This document shows positions 26,201 to 34,023 of a DNA stretch of 46,932 nt, in pieces. The notes under the pieces are model-generated. The model searched no databases. It was not told the origin of the DNA and saw nothing but the letters and a program-made list of their open reading frames with translations. This DNA comes from a virus. Its lineage: Duplodnaviria; Caudoviricetes. Location: the IMG/VR virus record IMGVR_UViG_3300044513_002891, positions 1-46,932 of that record; one strand, written 5' to 3'. The translations under genes and the position numbers were made by a program. The stretch's first letter is position 1. The number at the start of each line of letters is the position of its first letter.

Positions 26201-29174
26201 AGATGGTGGCAGAACAGCAAAAGTTACTGCTGTTATTGGAAACACTAATCTAAGAACAACACACTTTAGAGTTAAGTTTGACAGAGTTACAGGTACATTC
26301 TTTATTACTACACTTGAGGAAACTGAAACATTTGTAGGTTCAGGAAGTAGATATACATATAAACTTAAATGGCCTGTAGATGTAAGAACAGACAAGGTTA
26401 AAATTACTGTTGGCGGTGAAGAAGTATTGTCAAGCAGATATAAAATAGAAAATATTGAAGACAGTGCAGGCAGAACACATCAACGTTATATTGGTAAAGT
26501 AACATTTGATGTTCCACCAGCAAACAACAAATCAATTGTAATTGATTACCGTAAAGATATTTCACTACTAACTGCTCAAGATAGAATTAACTTATTCTAC
26601 AATCCTACAACAGGTATGATTGCTAATAACTTAGGTCAACTGTTAGATGGTATTGATTACGGTGGCGTACAAGTTAAGAGTTTCGACTTTGGCGGCGGCT
26701 CTGGTTGGAGTGCTGATGAATGGTTTACATCTGCGTATGACACATATGATAATACGTATGAAGATGAAGTATTCCGTATTAGTGACGACAGTACTAAAGT
26801 ATATGACTTTGCCAAGTCTTTAGAAACTGGTGTAGTTTATAACGTATATAAGAACGGTGTAAGAATTGATGATCCTAATTTTGATACACCAAATCAAACA
26901 AATCCAGATGCACTAATTACAAGTATTACAGGCGCAGGCCAAACAGGATTTATTTTAACAGATGATGGAACAGAAGTTGCATCTACAGTTATTAAATTTG
27001 ACGAAGAAAAAGTAGTAACAACATCGGGAGATGTAATTGTTGTTCGTAAAAATACTTCCGACGGATCATTTATTCCAGATCCAAGAGCATATGACACTAT
27101 TGTAACAGGTGGTGATCTTGCTTACTCAACAGCAACAGGATTAAATCCGGAAGATATCAATATCGACGGTGACGGATTTGTTACACCTACAACTTCAAAA
27201 GGACCCGAAGAACTTGTTCCAGGACAACTGCTTGATACATTAGATATAAAAGTATATGATAGAGTTGGTGAAGGTGCAAGTATTATAGAAAGTGTTTCTT
27301 ATGTTGCAGATGGAAACACATCGAAATTTAAGTTTAGCGGATTACCACAAGGTAAAGATGCAATCTTTGTTAAAGTTGATAACGTAATTGTTTACAACTA
27401 TACTGTTAACTATAAAGACAAAGAATTAACATTTAACTCAACCCCAACAAATAATTCACAAATTAATATTATTACAATGAGTGGAAATGGTCAAGGTATA
27501 CTTGACATGGATACATTCTTAGGTGACGGATCTACATTACAATTTGTTACACAGGTTGATTGGAAAGAAAATTTAGGAAGCCTTGTAACTGTAAATGGTG
27601 CAAAGGTAGATTATGTTTTAGAAACTACTGATAGTTCATATGATACTGCAAATAAAACAGTGATTAGTTTTGGTGCACCACCTGCAAGTGATGCTGTAAT
27701 TAACTTTGCGATTTATGCGAGTGACGCACAAACATTTAGTGAAATTATTACAGACAACTTAGTTGCAGATGGAAGTAGTGCAACATACAATTTAAGTTTA
27801 ACACCATTTAGTAGTTTGCCTTCAAGTCATAATATTATTGTTAAAGTAGGTGATAATATTCTTAACGCAGGTTACAATGAAAAATTCACAATTGACAACA
27901 GAGTAGAATATCAATTACGTAACTGGCAACAGCCAGGCGGTACGTTAGGTGCTGATGACATTCTTGTAGTACTAAATGGTAGAAAATTAACATATACATC
28001 AGACTTTATTTTCCGTCCTGCAAACTCAAGTGTTGAAATTTTTGAGAATGTTGCTCAACCTGGTGACAAACTTGACATATATGTTATAACAGATGGCGAG
28101 TATTCTGTATCTGGAAACACAATTACACTTAACACTGTTCCTGCAGAAGATACTCCTATTAAAGTTACACACTTTAGTAAACATGATATCCAAGAAATTA
28201 ATCGTAAGAATTATGATATTATAACAAGAACTACGTTAACTTTTGAAAGTGCTGGAGACATTGAATACAATCATTTACTTGCAGGTTTAATTAGATTAGA
28301 ACGTCCTACTATTGACGCAGAATATGTTTGGATTGTTATAAATGGAGAATTAAAAACTCCAAGTATTGATTATAAAGTTACTAATGATAGATTGTTTGTA
28401 AGAATGGCACAGCCACTAACAGCAAATGATGTAATTGAAGTTATACAGTTTGCTGAAAACGGTCCAACAGTTGCTAAGTTTGGTTACAGACAATTTAAAG
28501 ATATGTTAAACAGAACAGTGTACAAACGTTTAGGTGATGTAAACAACTATAGATTAGCACAAGACTTAAAAGTATTTGATACAGAAATATTAGTTAATGA
28601 TGCTTCGTCGATGTTTGTTCCTGATAAGTTTACAAATACACCAGGTGTGTTGTTTGTTAATGGTGAACGTATCGAATATATGGTTAAAGATGGTAATAGT
28701 TTACAGCAACTACGTCGAGGTACAATGGGTACTGGAGTTAAAGAGATACATAATATTGGAGATCAGTTGTTTGATCAAGGTTTCCAACAAACTGTTCCAT
28801 ATCAGGATCAGACATTAGTTAACACATATAACGGCGATGGTTCAACAACAGCATTTAACTTAGATTGGGAACCAAATAGTGTTAATGAATTTGAAGTATT
28901 TGTAGGTGGAAAACGCTTGAGAAAAACAGCAATACCAGTGTTTAACCCAACAGTTGCTCAGGATTCACCAGAAGGTGATGTAACAGCACCAGCAGAATTT
29001 AATATTAGTAACCCTAATATTTTAAACCTTACAGTAGCACCAGCAGATGGCGTTCGTGTTACAGTAATTAGAAAAATTGGTAAAATTTGGAATGAACCAG
29101 GAAAAACCTTAGGTAAGACACAAAATGCAATAGCACAGTTCTTAAGAGCAGAAGAGGTTGACTTACCTAAATAA
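14256..29174 (+). CDS. giant multidomain baseplate/virion protein in the gp7 position (4972 aa)
   Basis: Uninterrupted ORF, TAATG-coupled to gp6. Contains FG-GAP-like repeats, short W/F-x4-Y-x-x-(G/D)-x-V modules, GxGY repeats and GDGS-x-x-x-F repeats. Confidence 0.8.
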   Translation: MAYDNDQNEFPINPDGENEKRTSLSHLPRYFRTPANKKFLSSTIDQLVQPGVVEKLNAYYGRRDAKAFTADDNYVGDVTKQREDYQVEPAVVLKDDVDNVTFYKDYNDFINQLRSFGNNNPDHSKINAQEYYAWNPHIDWDKFVNFREYYWLPSGPQVLPIYGQSKEIVSTFKVSLEENADNVAYKFTPTGLTQNPTLKLYKGQTYIFEIDTPGHPIAFATNRAFTPGQAIITETVEGVLAPGKFEAEIYDSDGYDTGEYIVEPVEGGITGFTEGENISTLFTDGVESATVFVEKGTLKFTVPLDAPDRLFYISKNDVNTSGVILMYNILENTEINVEEEILQKKTYTTRTDVDLSNGMLVEFLGDVTPAKYGEGTWYVEGVGESIQLIKKTDLEITGEYSANLFVPFDSENFDKLPFGQALNYPKDKDYITINRAAIDGNPWSRHNRWFHRDTIESTAKANGTQPDLDQAQRAKRPIIEFDAGLRLYNFGSKFKANVDLIDDKTIDVFSTIEGSIGYNIDGIDLIEGQRILFTADPDIRVNGRIYKVSFINQLGTRQLALREETDTEPVTNETVLVRNGIVNQGKVYWYNGTKWIKGQDKLKANQAPLFDLYDATNSTFQDYSSNTFKGTKLFSYKVGTGTNDSELGFPLSYRNIENSGDIVFDFNLLNDEFTYQSGQVNYTQKTDVATLRKYTDLNVYTNVSGWKKAPTESKQKVIRAYVVSGKKNNFAVDVYNNSGDLNQLEVKVFVNNARRTDWGINRENGTAYITFDKDLTNGDNVILHCTSEADKNDNGHYAFPINLGNNPLNENIKDFTYGEVADHVTTIIENVTGFSGTYPGSSNLRNLGQLSEYGTKFVQHSGPATLASYHITNKNYNIVKALRFARKEYAKFKRSFLAIANELGIDGSSRYVVDEAIKKWQSEKSKQTAFYWSDMIGNGANKKRSFTVTDIENKFYSLTTPFTLNSISAIAVYVYLNDTQLLHNRDYVFTAEGFIKLTDNVTLAVDDTIDIYEYDSTDASYIPPTPTKLGLWPLHIPAIYVDDSYQTSQTVIKGHDGSIVKAYGDYRDNLLLELELRIYNNIKVKYDTKIFDVDSFIGHYSRNTGFDTEDLNDIIITDFADWLSVAGDPDYTDISFYDRTNSFTWNYSYMTDPNGKPLPGFWRAIYNDYLGTDTPHTTPWKILGYVDKPEWWETVYGAAPYTKENLILWEDLQEGRVRQPLNPIRYRPEYARRDLLKYTPVNSRGELLSPYESGFAQGLIVPETNRQFVFGDQAPTETAWRRGSEYPFAFLTAWLIHQPSKVIGIGFDRSRIIRNTAGELIYTGSNKRLKVSDLIFPNTSSSTVRTSTAGLVNYVFNYINADVTKLNVNYSNEVSKLNVQLGFKIGGFSTKDKFRLVLDSRTPNNKGNVFIPEENYDLFLNTSSPIDTVSYSGVIIEKRPAGYIVKGYDRAKPYFSYYKHLERAKDPVVNIGGVSESFLEWVPGERYQAGQIVRNGQTFFRVQQSGTFDTFIQDNFVKLVELPIEGGRTIILRREFETATSKLNYGTLFTTVQGVVDFLLGYGKFLEKQGFVFDRFNGTIETVENWELSAREFTFWTTQNWNNGALLTLSPSAINLNFKREYAVVDNIFDNFYDYTLLKADGQKLQEDFANTIRSSQNEFGLTLKNTADGIYFVKLPLVQKEHVCLIDNKTVFNDTIYNPAPGYRQARIKVLGYRSTDWNGGVNIPGFTLDSVNVVDWKENTDYQIADVVYYKTRYYSAKTKIPGSTVFNADEWYLLNEKPSNELIPNFDYKANQFADFYDLDTDNFDSEQQRMAQHLIGYQKRTYLENIINDDVSQYKFYQGFIQDKGTKNSLEKLFDALSNTENSSLEFFEDWAFKVGQYGASESFDEVEYEIDESKFRLSPQPFQLVQNIDPQATDLVYRYTPVDLYSKPAKYDHKPFPTKYVAEDSSYIKTAGYVAEEDINYKVTNYDDILNLDLNTVEIGQYVWVAKKGQTWDVLRQTETDMKVSSIINSDSSKSIEIKTKKAPDTQPGDIIGVLGVGPKQNRFYKVLRVSLDVIYAQTTGEVEDAPEASGFILKLVSSRVANLTDVNSKITRDNYSTQERVWVDYDENNRWTVVENQNTYSIAQQVFNTTVAGVQDTDVRAFGTSISSNTNNTIIAVGSPAPIGATELRNGQTKPVLGRVDVHFRASENINLILSQSFDCPENYFDNVENFGKSTAVSSDGKWIFVGIPYASNVKTKYKGPFVSSASYQKDEIVEYTNQYWKAKNIIEPTDPSLDFPSFSSHLRHLISTYDANTQQYDNVYYILRGNFTFQEETTDHVLIRAPRLAYVATTPGDTLQLFWNDINTRYPSGVQPFNGNPTINKTFFDGNHTIADKVDDILLVDNTQAIPSVGETISSATAVGVVAFTYTTGDNRTLIYVKDANGDFESTGTLFVGDISVGAYERAVEQDYDALGGWWKINVGSTFQSIATIETKPYLVIQDVIQQGVVRNPNYYQNVLRITDDATSPTITSYIESLTFTGDSGDELSDKWVFRAPRTLDTDLTVGSTFNFFFNEYRNADNVLQDPTAIGSNITHDYLNNTLHTVNDIWDGWIDVNLTNFDDRGSPTPGDPDFNPNYGNPFIPVVGDTVQDNDTLATGQVVYLEKVFNSLRVWIKNKTGTWKLGNENQAISSLSIVGGSQGVGVIRLVGTTQDVHLQSQTAGYIVVVDRGENIPRGTSRTLQGFEYWIYKSILLDGIARSANPPSKTNNDWTRVYNIPAGINETSSGLARQGAYAIYQRNASNFFTLIGIYSSPDAQQDRYLGSDIRIVSHTNGTYSAYILSKGNATFNQPGRINILNYDVNNGWKLGADENYRGDFTSTVAYFQDEYVKFNDSVYKAKTNLIPGGFRASDWEEVSTGVQLTGFLPNNTGFIVGTDSAIETENLYEFGTQFDISFTGSVLATVVKYGDAVDSSVATRKLVIYRKSLLGHYVFDQMIDAPYPNINYGDSVAVSTDGKFIAVGAPNYTDTYSNQGTVFIYEQINGRFEQVQHLIGPKGLPNEKFGTVIRYDNDRIVVHSAGGDLFNRTEFDSGTTVFDNGTTIFSSTLVDTGEVFVFELLGNRYVYSDKLEYSNDKTLYFGRTLLIKNNHIYVSLPQFKRDGKNVTGQILDYRVTPNTRLWSRKRNQRPLVDIEKIKGISIYDKDTKILQEYLDYIDPIQGKIAGQAEVELSFKTTFDPSTYNNVDTTDVNKDETSFTSTDMVGKLWWDTDAVRFINPYSNTGNIFNVGNTFNTVFPGTEIEIYEWVETKLTPEEWDAQADTEAGLTEGISGKSKYGIKAYSTKRVYDEPAQKFTTYYYFWVRNKKTVPNLPGRLISAADVQELIREPSGQGYKFINFLNNNEWTAHNLESTIRGKNGVLKFAYWNIDKTDNNIHNQYKLITDGLETSRPKSDLERKWYDSLIGYDEQGREVPDRFLGEKERYGILNNPRQTIFVNRIEALKQFVERVNSVLIKNVLIDDFDLSDLDSNDPIPTLSSRRYDVQIDSDSELQFVAVGRVAKATASATISDGKIIRVDITNPGRGYKTVPTLRINSSTGSDAEIRLEINAIGSVTSATVINSGRNYQTSDTITIRNFTVLTTVDNSYANKWSLYEYVGGAEPWNRIASQRYDVRPYWNYTDWYATNYNTLTKIDYVIDETYELEALDDTFGDIIKIKSVGSGGWLLLRKIDDQLNVDYTINYQTIGRQNATVQLKSSIYDYADDLVGYDSFGYDDSAFDLQPIDELRIVLKALRDKIFVDNLAVHYNELFFAQMRYVLSEQTFVDWMFKTSFVKATHNIGKLRKDITFNNDFLESYENYANEVKPYKTKIREYLSTYEGSENSQTMVTDFDLPPAYDEQQGRIVPQNAVVVNDELRVASNLINSYPYKHWADNASYEIKDITIFDAGAGYENAPGVEFVGGGGSGATAIAYVGGGKITEIKITNPGTGYLSAPKIVLNGNVADGGRTAKVTAVIGNTNLRTTHFRVKFDRVTGTFFITTLEETETFVGSGSRYTYKLKWPVDVRTDKVKITVGGEEVLSSRYKIENIEDSAGRTHQRYIGKVTFDVPPANNKSIVIDYRKDISLLTAQDRINLFYNPTTGMIANNLGQLLDGIDYGGVQVKSFDFGGGSGWSADEWFTSAYDTYDNTYEDEVFRISDDSTKVYDFAKSLETGVVYNVYKNGVRIDDPNFDTPNQTNPDALITSITGAGQTGFILTDDGTEVASTVIKFDEEKVVTTSGDVIVVRKNTSDGSFIPDPRAYDTIVTGGDLAYSTATGLNPEDINIDGDGFVTPTTSKGPEELVPGQLLDTLDIKVYDRVGEGASIIESVSYVADGNTSKFKFSGLPQGKDAIFVKVDNVIVYNYTVNYKDKELTFNSTPTNNSQINIITMSGNGQGILDMDTFLGDGSTLQFVTQVDWKENLGSLVTVNGAKVDYVLETTDSSYDTANKTVISFGAPPASDAVINFAIYASDAQTFSEIITDNLVADGSSATYNLSLTPFSSLPSSHNIIVKVGDNILNAGYNEKFTIDNRVEYQLRNWQQPGGTLGADDILVVLNGRKLTYTSDFIFRPANSSVEIFENVAQPGDKLDIYVITDGEYSVSGNTITLNTVPAEDTPIKVTHFSKHDIQEINRKNYDIITRTTLTFESAGDIEYNHLLAGLIRLERPTIDAEYVWIVINGELKTPSIDYKVTNDRLFVRMAQPLTANDVIEVIQFAENGPTVAKFGYRQFKDMLNRTVYKRLGDVNNYRLAQDLKVFDTEILVNDASSMFVPDKFTNTPGVLFVNGERIEYMVKDGNSLQQLRRGTMGTGVKEIHNIGDQLFDQGFQQTVPYQDQTLVNTYNGDGSTTAFNLDWEPNSVNEFEVFVGGKRLRKTAIPVFNPTVAQDSPEGDVTAPAEFNISNPNILNLTVAPADGVRVTVIRKIGKIWNEPGKTLGKTQNAIAQFLRAEEVDLPK

Positions 29175-29177
29175 ATA
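29168..29177 (+). promoter_or_regulatory. late promoter (overlapping TAAATAAATA)
   Basis: Overlaps the stop of the giant gene; followed by an AGGA RBS and ATG at 29195. Confidence 0.6.
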
Positions 29178-29194
29178 CAATGTAGGATAAAAAA

Positions 29195-29809
29195 ATGACA
29201 GACAACTTATTAGACAAAAACGGAGTATTAGTGCAAGGGCATATTAAGATATTTGACCCTGAAACTAAGGAAGTATTAATTGATAAACGCAATGCTATTC
29301 ACTATGAGAATATGAGTATAGCATTGGCTGAATCTTTGGCAAACGCAGGACAGGGTTTTGTGTACGAAATGGCGTTTGGGAACGGTGGTACAAGTGTTGA
29401 TCCTACAGGCATTATTACATACCTAACTCCTAACTCAACAGGTACAAATGCAAGTTTATACAATCAGACTTATAAGAAGATTGTAGATGACCAGTCTGTT
29501 AACAACGTTGATCCAAATAGAAACAAAATAGAAACAAGACACGTTACAGGTACAAACTACACAGATATCATTGTACAGTGTTTACTTGATTACGGTGAAC
29601 CAAGTGGGCAAGAAGCAAATGATACAGCAACAAGCACAGAAAGTCAATATGTGTTTGATGAATTAGGACTTGTAAGTTATTCACCAACAGGAACAGGTAG
29701 ATTATTAACACACGTAATTTTCCACCCAGTTCAAAAGAGTTTAAATAGATTAATTCAAATTGACTATACAGTTAGAGTACAATCATTAACCGGTTTTAAC
29801 GAGGGGTAA
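29195..29809 (+). CDS. baseplate-associated structural protein (gp8 position)
   Basis: Lies between the giant wedge gene and the fibre genes; beta-rich, with MAFGNGG and DELGL motifs; has a late promoter. Confidence 0.6.
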   Translation: MTDNLLDKNGVLVQGHIKIFDPETKEVLIDKRNAIHYENMSIALAESLANAGQGFVYEMAFGNGGTSVDPTGIITYLTPNSTGTNASLYNQTYKKIVDDQSVNNVDPNRNKIETRHVTGTNYTDIIVQCLLDYGEPSGQEANDTATSTESQYVFDELGLVSYSPTGTGRLLTHVIFHPVQKSLNRLIQIDYTVRVQSLTGFNEG

Positions 29810-29813
29810 TTAG

Positions 29814-31895
29814 ATGGCTTATACAATTAATTACACTGACATTACAAACAAAGGCAGTATTGTTGTAGAAGATAATACCGTTGATACTACAACAAGTTTA
29901 AGTATCCCGGGAAGATTTACTACTGACTACGGTTCACTTATTGGTCAAAACTTTTTACAACTATTAGAAAATTTTGCAAACAATAACGCTCCTGCAAGAC
30001 CGATTGAAGGACAGTTATGGTATGATACTTCAATAGGTGTTAATCTACTTAAACTTTACGATGGTACAAACTGGATTGAAGCAGGAGGTCTAAAGCGAGG
30101 CGAGTCAGCACCAGATGTTGCAAACTCAGTTGCAGGTGACCTTTGGGCAGATACAGACAACCAACAGTTATATTTGTTTACTGGTTCTGGTTGGATTCTT
30201 GTAGGTCCAGAGTTTAGTGATGGATTAGCGGCAGGTGTTAGGCCTACTACACTAACAGGTACTGACAACATTAACTATACTGCACTTCAAGTAGAAATTG
30301 GCGGCAAGGTTCTTGCAATTTACGCAACCAGTGCCTTTACACCGAAGTCAACAATTACAGGATTCACATCATTAAAGCCAGGCTTTAATATGAGTACTGC
30401 TAACATTACAGGAGCAGGTGTTCCTAAGTATTATGGTGTTGCAGAAAAAGCAGAAAACTTAATTGTTCCAGGTGAAACAGAACCGGTCGCGGCGGCAAAC
30501 TTTTTAAGAGGTGACAAAGCCTCTGTATCAAATCAACAATTAACAATTAGAAATAACTCAGGTGTTTCAATTGGTAGTGACGCAACTCTTCAAATTGGTA
30601 TTGAAGGACAGAATGCAATTATTTCAAATAATACTTCTGGTGCAAACATTGATTTAAGAATTAACAATTCAGGTAACTTACAACCTGTATTAAGAATTGA
30701 TTCAACACAAAAAGTTGGTATTAACAATTTATCTCCACAAGAAGCATTAGATGTAACAGGTAATGTAATTGTTTCAAATAACTTGGTTATTAACGGAATT
30801 GCAGAAGCAGTAAATGTTGGAACAGGATCTATTACTACTAAGGGCGGCATTGGTATTGCTAAAAGTGCAAGGGTCGGTAATAACTTAGAAGTAAACGGTG
30901 CTACAACAGTTGGCGGAAATATTTTACCAGATACAACAAATGCAATTAACATTGGTTCAACTGAATTAAAATTTGCAGAAATTAATGCAAACACAGTAAG
31001 AGCAAACTTAGTAGGTAACGTAACAGGTACAGTTACAGGACGTTCAGGTAGTTCAGATAAACTTGCAAGTAGAACTACATTTAGAATTACAGGTGACGTA
31101 ACAGCACCAGATGTAATTTATGACGGTCAATATACTGCACCAGGAGAAACTACACTTGTTAAACAGTTTGATATTAGTGTTAACAGTACATTTATTACAA
31201 ACAAACAATCAGTGCCAAGTTCAAGATTTGATGACGAAATCTTACTAAACAGAGTTAACGATGAAAATGGTAGTGGAACAGGTATTAAGAAAATTTCAAG
31301 AAACAACTTATTCGCGGCATTACCAGTTAATCCAGTTGGAATTATAACACCATATGCGGGTGCATTTACTACTGCAAAACTACAAGAACTTGAATTAGCA
31401 GGTTGGTTACCATGTGATGGTAGAGAAGTTTTTATTGTTGACTGGTCAGACTTGCATGATGTTGTTGGTAACAGATACAAAGCAAATCCAACTATTGGTA
31501 AATTTGCATTACCAGATCTAAGAGGTAGATTTCCATTAGGTATGGATAACATGGCAACAACAGCCGGCGCGGCAAACAGAGTTACAAATGAAAACGCTGA
31601 CGTACTTGGAGGTACTGCTGGTGTTGATAAGAAAAAAATTGAAGTTACAAACTTACCAGAACACGAACACAATTTAAAAGGACCAAGTGGTACACAATAT
31701 TATGCAACACGAGATGTTCAAGGAACACCAGTTGATGATGATGCTACAGTAACAGACGCTCCGACAGGAACAAATGCAGGACAGAAATTTCCGTTCTCGG
31801 GCGGTGTTGTTAGTGGCACACAAGTAGGACAGGATTTCAACGTAATGAATCCATACTTGGCTGTTAATTATATAATTTACGCGGGGGCAAACTAA
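29814..31895 (+). CDS. tail fibre / baseplate pin with C-terminal tail-collar domain (gp10/gp12-like)
   Basis: PVGIITPYAG...GWLPCDG...FALPDLRGRFPLG collar motif, NLPEHEH, and a terminal NPYLAVNYIIY. Confidence 0.8.
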   Translation: MAYTINYTDITNKGSIVVEDNTVDTTTSLSIPGRFTTDYGSLIGQNFLQLLENFANNNAPARPIEGQLWYDTSIGVNLLKLYDGTNWIEAGGLKRGESAPDVANSVAGDLWADTDNQQLYLFTGSGWILVGPEFSDGLAAGVRPTTLTGTDNINYTALQVEIGGKVLAIYATSAFTPKSTITGFTSLKPGFNMSTANITGAGVPKYYGVAEKAENLIVPGETEPVAAANFLRGDKASVSNQQLTIRNNSGVSIGSDATLQIGIEGQNAIISNNTSGANIDLRINNSGNLQPVLRIDSTQKVGINNLSPQEALDVTGNVIVSNNLVINGIAEAVNVGTGSITTKGGIGIAKSARVGNNLEVNGATTVGGNILPDTTNAINIGSTELKFAEINANTVRANLVGNVTGTVTGRSGSSDKLASRTTFRITGDVTAPDVIYDGQYTAPGETTLVKQFDISVNSTFITNKQSVPSSRFDDEILLNRVNDENGSGTGIKKISRNNLFAALPVNPVGIITPYAGAFTTAKLQELELAGWLPCDGREVFIVDWSDLHDVVGNRYKANPTIGKFALPDLRGRFPLGMDNMATTAGAANRVTNENADVLGGTAGVDKKKIEVTNLPEHEHNLKGPSGTQYYATRDVQGTPVDDDATVTDAPTGTNAGQKFPFSGGVVSGTQVGQDFNVMNPYLAVNYIIYAGAN

Positions 31896-33991
31896 TGGCA
31901 TATCAGATTAACAAAACTAACGGAGATTTGTTAGTAGAATTAGTTGACGGACAACTTAATACACAAACAACTGACATTTCACTGATTGGTAGAAATTATT
32001 CTGGCTTTGGTGAAAGCATCAACGAAAACTTCGTTAAGATGTTGGAAAACTTCACCAACACACAAGCACCTGCAAATCCGCTAACTGGACAACTATGGTA
32101 TGACAGTAGCGAAGCAAGATTAAAAATATGGAACGGTAGTACATTTAAAAGTGCTGGCGGTCCAATTGTAAGTCCAACACAGCCTCAATTAGTCGCAGGC
32201 GATCTTTGGATTGATAACCAAAATAACAAATTATATTTTTATGACGGAACTGACTTAGTACTTGTTGGTCCAGATTATGCATCATCAGAAGGAGTATCAG
32301 GATTTTCAACTGAAACAGTTCTTGATACAACACAGACTAACAGAACACTTGTTAATTTAAATGTTGGTGGCGAAACTGAAGCAGTTATATCTAACATTAG
32401 ATTTACTCCAGATCCAAGTAATCCTGTAACTGGTATTACTGGTGCTGTAGAAAAAGGTATTAATATTATTGATGATGATTTTAAATTCCACGGAACAGCA
32501 ACATCGGCAGATACAATTATTAATGCACAAGGCGTTAAGAAAAATGCATCACAGTTTTTACCTACAGATGCTAATGGCGTAACCAACGGCACACTTACTA
32601 CAATTAACAATGGTGGTATTACTGTAGGTCCAGAAGATAACTTTGTTATTAAGATTAATGCAAACCATACAGAACTTGATAACCAAGTACGTGATAGAAA
32701 CTTAGAAATTAAAGTAAGAAAATCATCAGGACCAACTTCGGCAATCAAAATTAATACAGCAAATTCACGTGTTGGTATTTTTGAAGCAAGTCCACAATAC
32801 ACATTAGATGTAGGTGGGGACGTAAGAGTACAAGGTAATATGACTATTGCTGGTACTACTTTCCAAACAGATGTTGAAGAAGTAAAAATTGCAGATAAAA
32901 ATATGCAACTTGGCTTTTCAGATCCTGCTCAACCAGATGCTGATATTAATGGAGGCGGATTAACACTGGTTTCCAGCGATGGCGATAAAACTTTTAATTG
33001 GTTGTCAGTAACTAATGCTTGGACAGCCAATGTTTGGTATGATTCAACACAAGGTTATAAACTTAATGGTAACACAGTATTAAGTGGTACGGCTTTAAAT
33101 TATATTACAAGTGCTCCAGACTTACAAACAGTTGGAGTATTAACTGGTCTTAATGTTGACAATGTAAGTATTGATGCACAAAAAGTTTCAAGCACAGTTG
33201 GTAACTTACAACTTGAAAGTACTTCAGGTGTTATTGAAGTACAAAGTTCAAATAGAATTACAGGTATAGGTGCACCAGTTAATCTTTCAGATGCGGCAAC
33301 CAAAGAATATGTTGATAATGCTATTGATGCAGAAGGTGTTGTACTTGCATTAAACATTACAGGATTGGGTTACGATCCAATTCAAAACGGTGGCGCGGCA
33401 TTTGCAACTAAAATTACAACACTATTAGAAGAAATTGTTCCAGCGGTAAACAAAGCCAATGGTACTATTGCTAAAATTCATGCTACTGATCAAACAGGCG
33501 CAAGTGCTACATTTGCCGCGGCAGACTTAAACACAGCACTTAAAGAAAGTACAGTATCAGTTGATAAAACTGTTACAGTAGCAACAAGAACAATTACAGG
33601 TGTTACAACAGGTGTAACAACTATTTTACAATTAGATGCTGTGCATGGATATGATGCAGGACGTAACGTTATCATTGCAGGCGCAACATATAATACAGGA
33701 ACACCATGGACTAACTTAAATGGAACATGGAATATTGATAGAATTGTAAGTTCAACAGAAATCGAAGTGTCAGCAAATACAAGTGCCGACGCTGGTGTAA
33801 CTTATGATACTTCAAGCGGTACTACGCAGAGGGTAACAGAAACAGGGCAGGAAAACGAAGATGTGTTAAAAGACGTTGAATTTACAGATGTAAATGGTTC
33901 TGTAACACTTACAGTTAACAGATATGTCCTTACTTGTACTGTAGCGGGTAATGCATGGACTTATACGAATGGAACAACTTCCGCCGTATAG
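31895..33991 (+). CDS. tail fibre protein (paralogous N-terminus)
   Basis: Shares the MAYxIN...ENF...GQLWYD N-terminus with its neighbours; DAATKEYVD fibre motif; G/T/N-rich. Confidence 0.75.
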   Translation: MAYQINKTNGDLLVELVDGQLNTQTTDISLIGRNYSGFGESINENFVKMLENFTNTQAPANPLTGQLWYDSSEARLKIWNGSTFKSAGGPIVSPTQPQLVAGDLWIDNQNNKLYFYDGTDLVLVGPDYASSEGVSGFSTETVLDTTQTNRTLVNLNVGGETEAVISNIRFTPDPSNPVTGITGAVEKGINIIDDDFKFHGTATSADTIINAQGVKKNASQFLPTDANGVTNGTLTTINNGGITVGPEDNFVIKINANHTELDNQVRDRNLEIKVRKSSGPTSAIKINTANSRVGIFEASPQYTLDVGGDVRVQGNMTIAGTTFQTDVEEVKIADKNMQLGFSDPAQPDADINGGGLTLVSSDGDKTFNWLSVTNAWTANVWYDSTQGYKLNGNTVLSGTALNYITSAPDLQTVGVLTGLNVDNVSIDAQKVSSTVGNLQLESTSGVIEVQSSNRITGIGAPVNLSDAATKEYVDNAIDAEGVVLALNITGLGYDPIQNGGAAFATKITTLLEEIVPAVNKANGTIAKIHATDQTGASATFAAADLNTALKESTVSVDKTVTVATRTITGVTTGVTTILQLDAVHGYDAGRNVIIAGATYNTGTPWTNLNGTWNIDRIVSSTEIEVSANTSADAGVTYDTSSGTTQRVTETGQENEDVLKDVEFTDVNGSVTLTVNRYVLTCTVAGNAWTYTNGTTSAV

Positions 33992-33993
33992 CA

Positions 33994-33999
33994 TAAATA
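33994..33999 (+). promoter_or_regulatory. late promoter TAAATA
   Basis: GCATAAATACATACA followed by an AAGGGG RBS before ATG at 34024. Confidence 0.65.
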
Positions 34000-34023
34000 C
34001 ATACAATAAAGGGGTTATTAACT

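Noticed and set aside
14256-29174. Intein, or tape-measure identity, for the giant ORF
   Set aside because: No intein terminal or LAGLIDADG motifs noticed; the composition is beta/aromatic-rich rather than helical Ala/Gln-rich.
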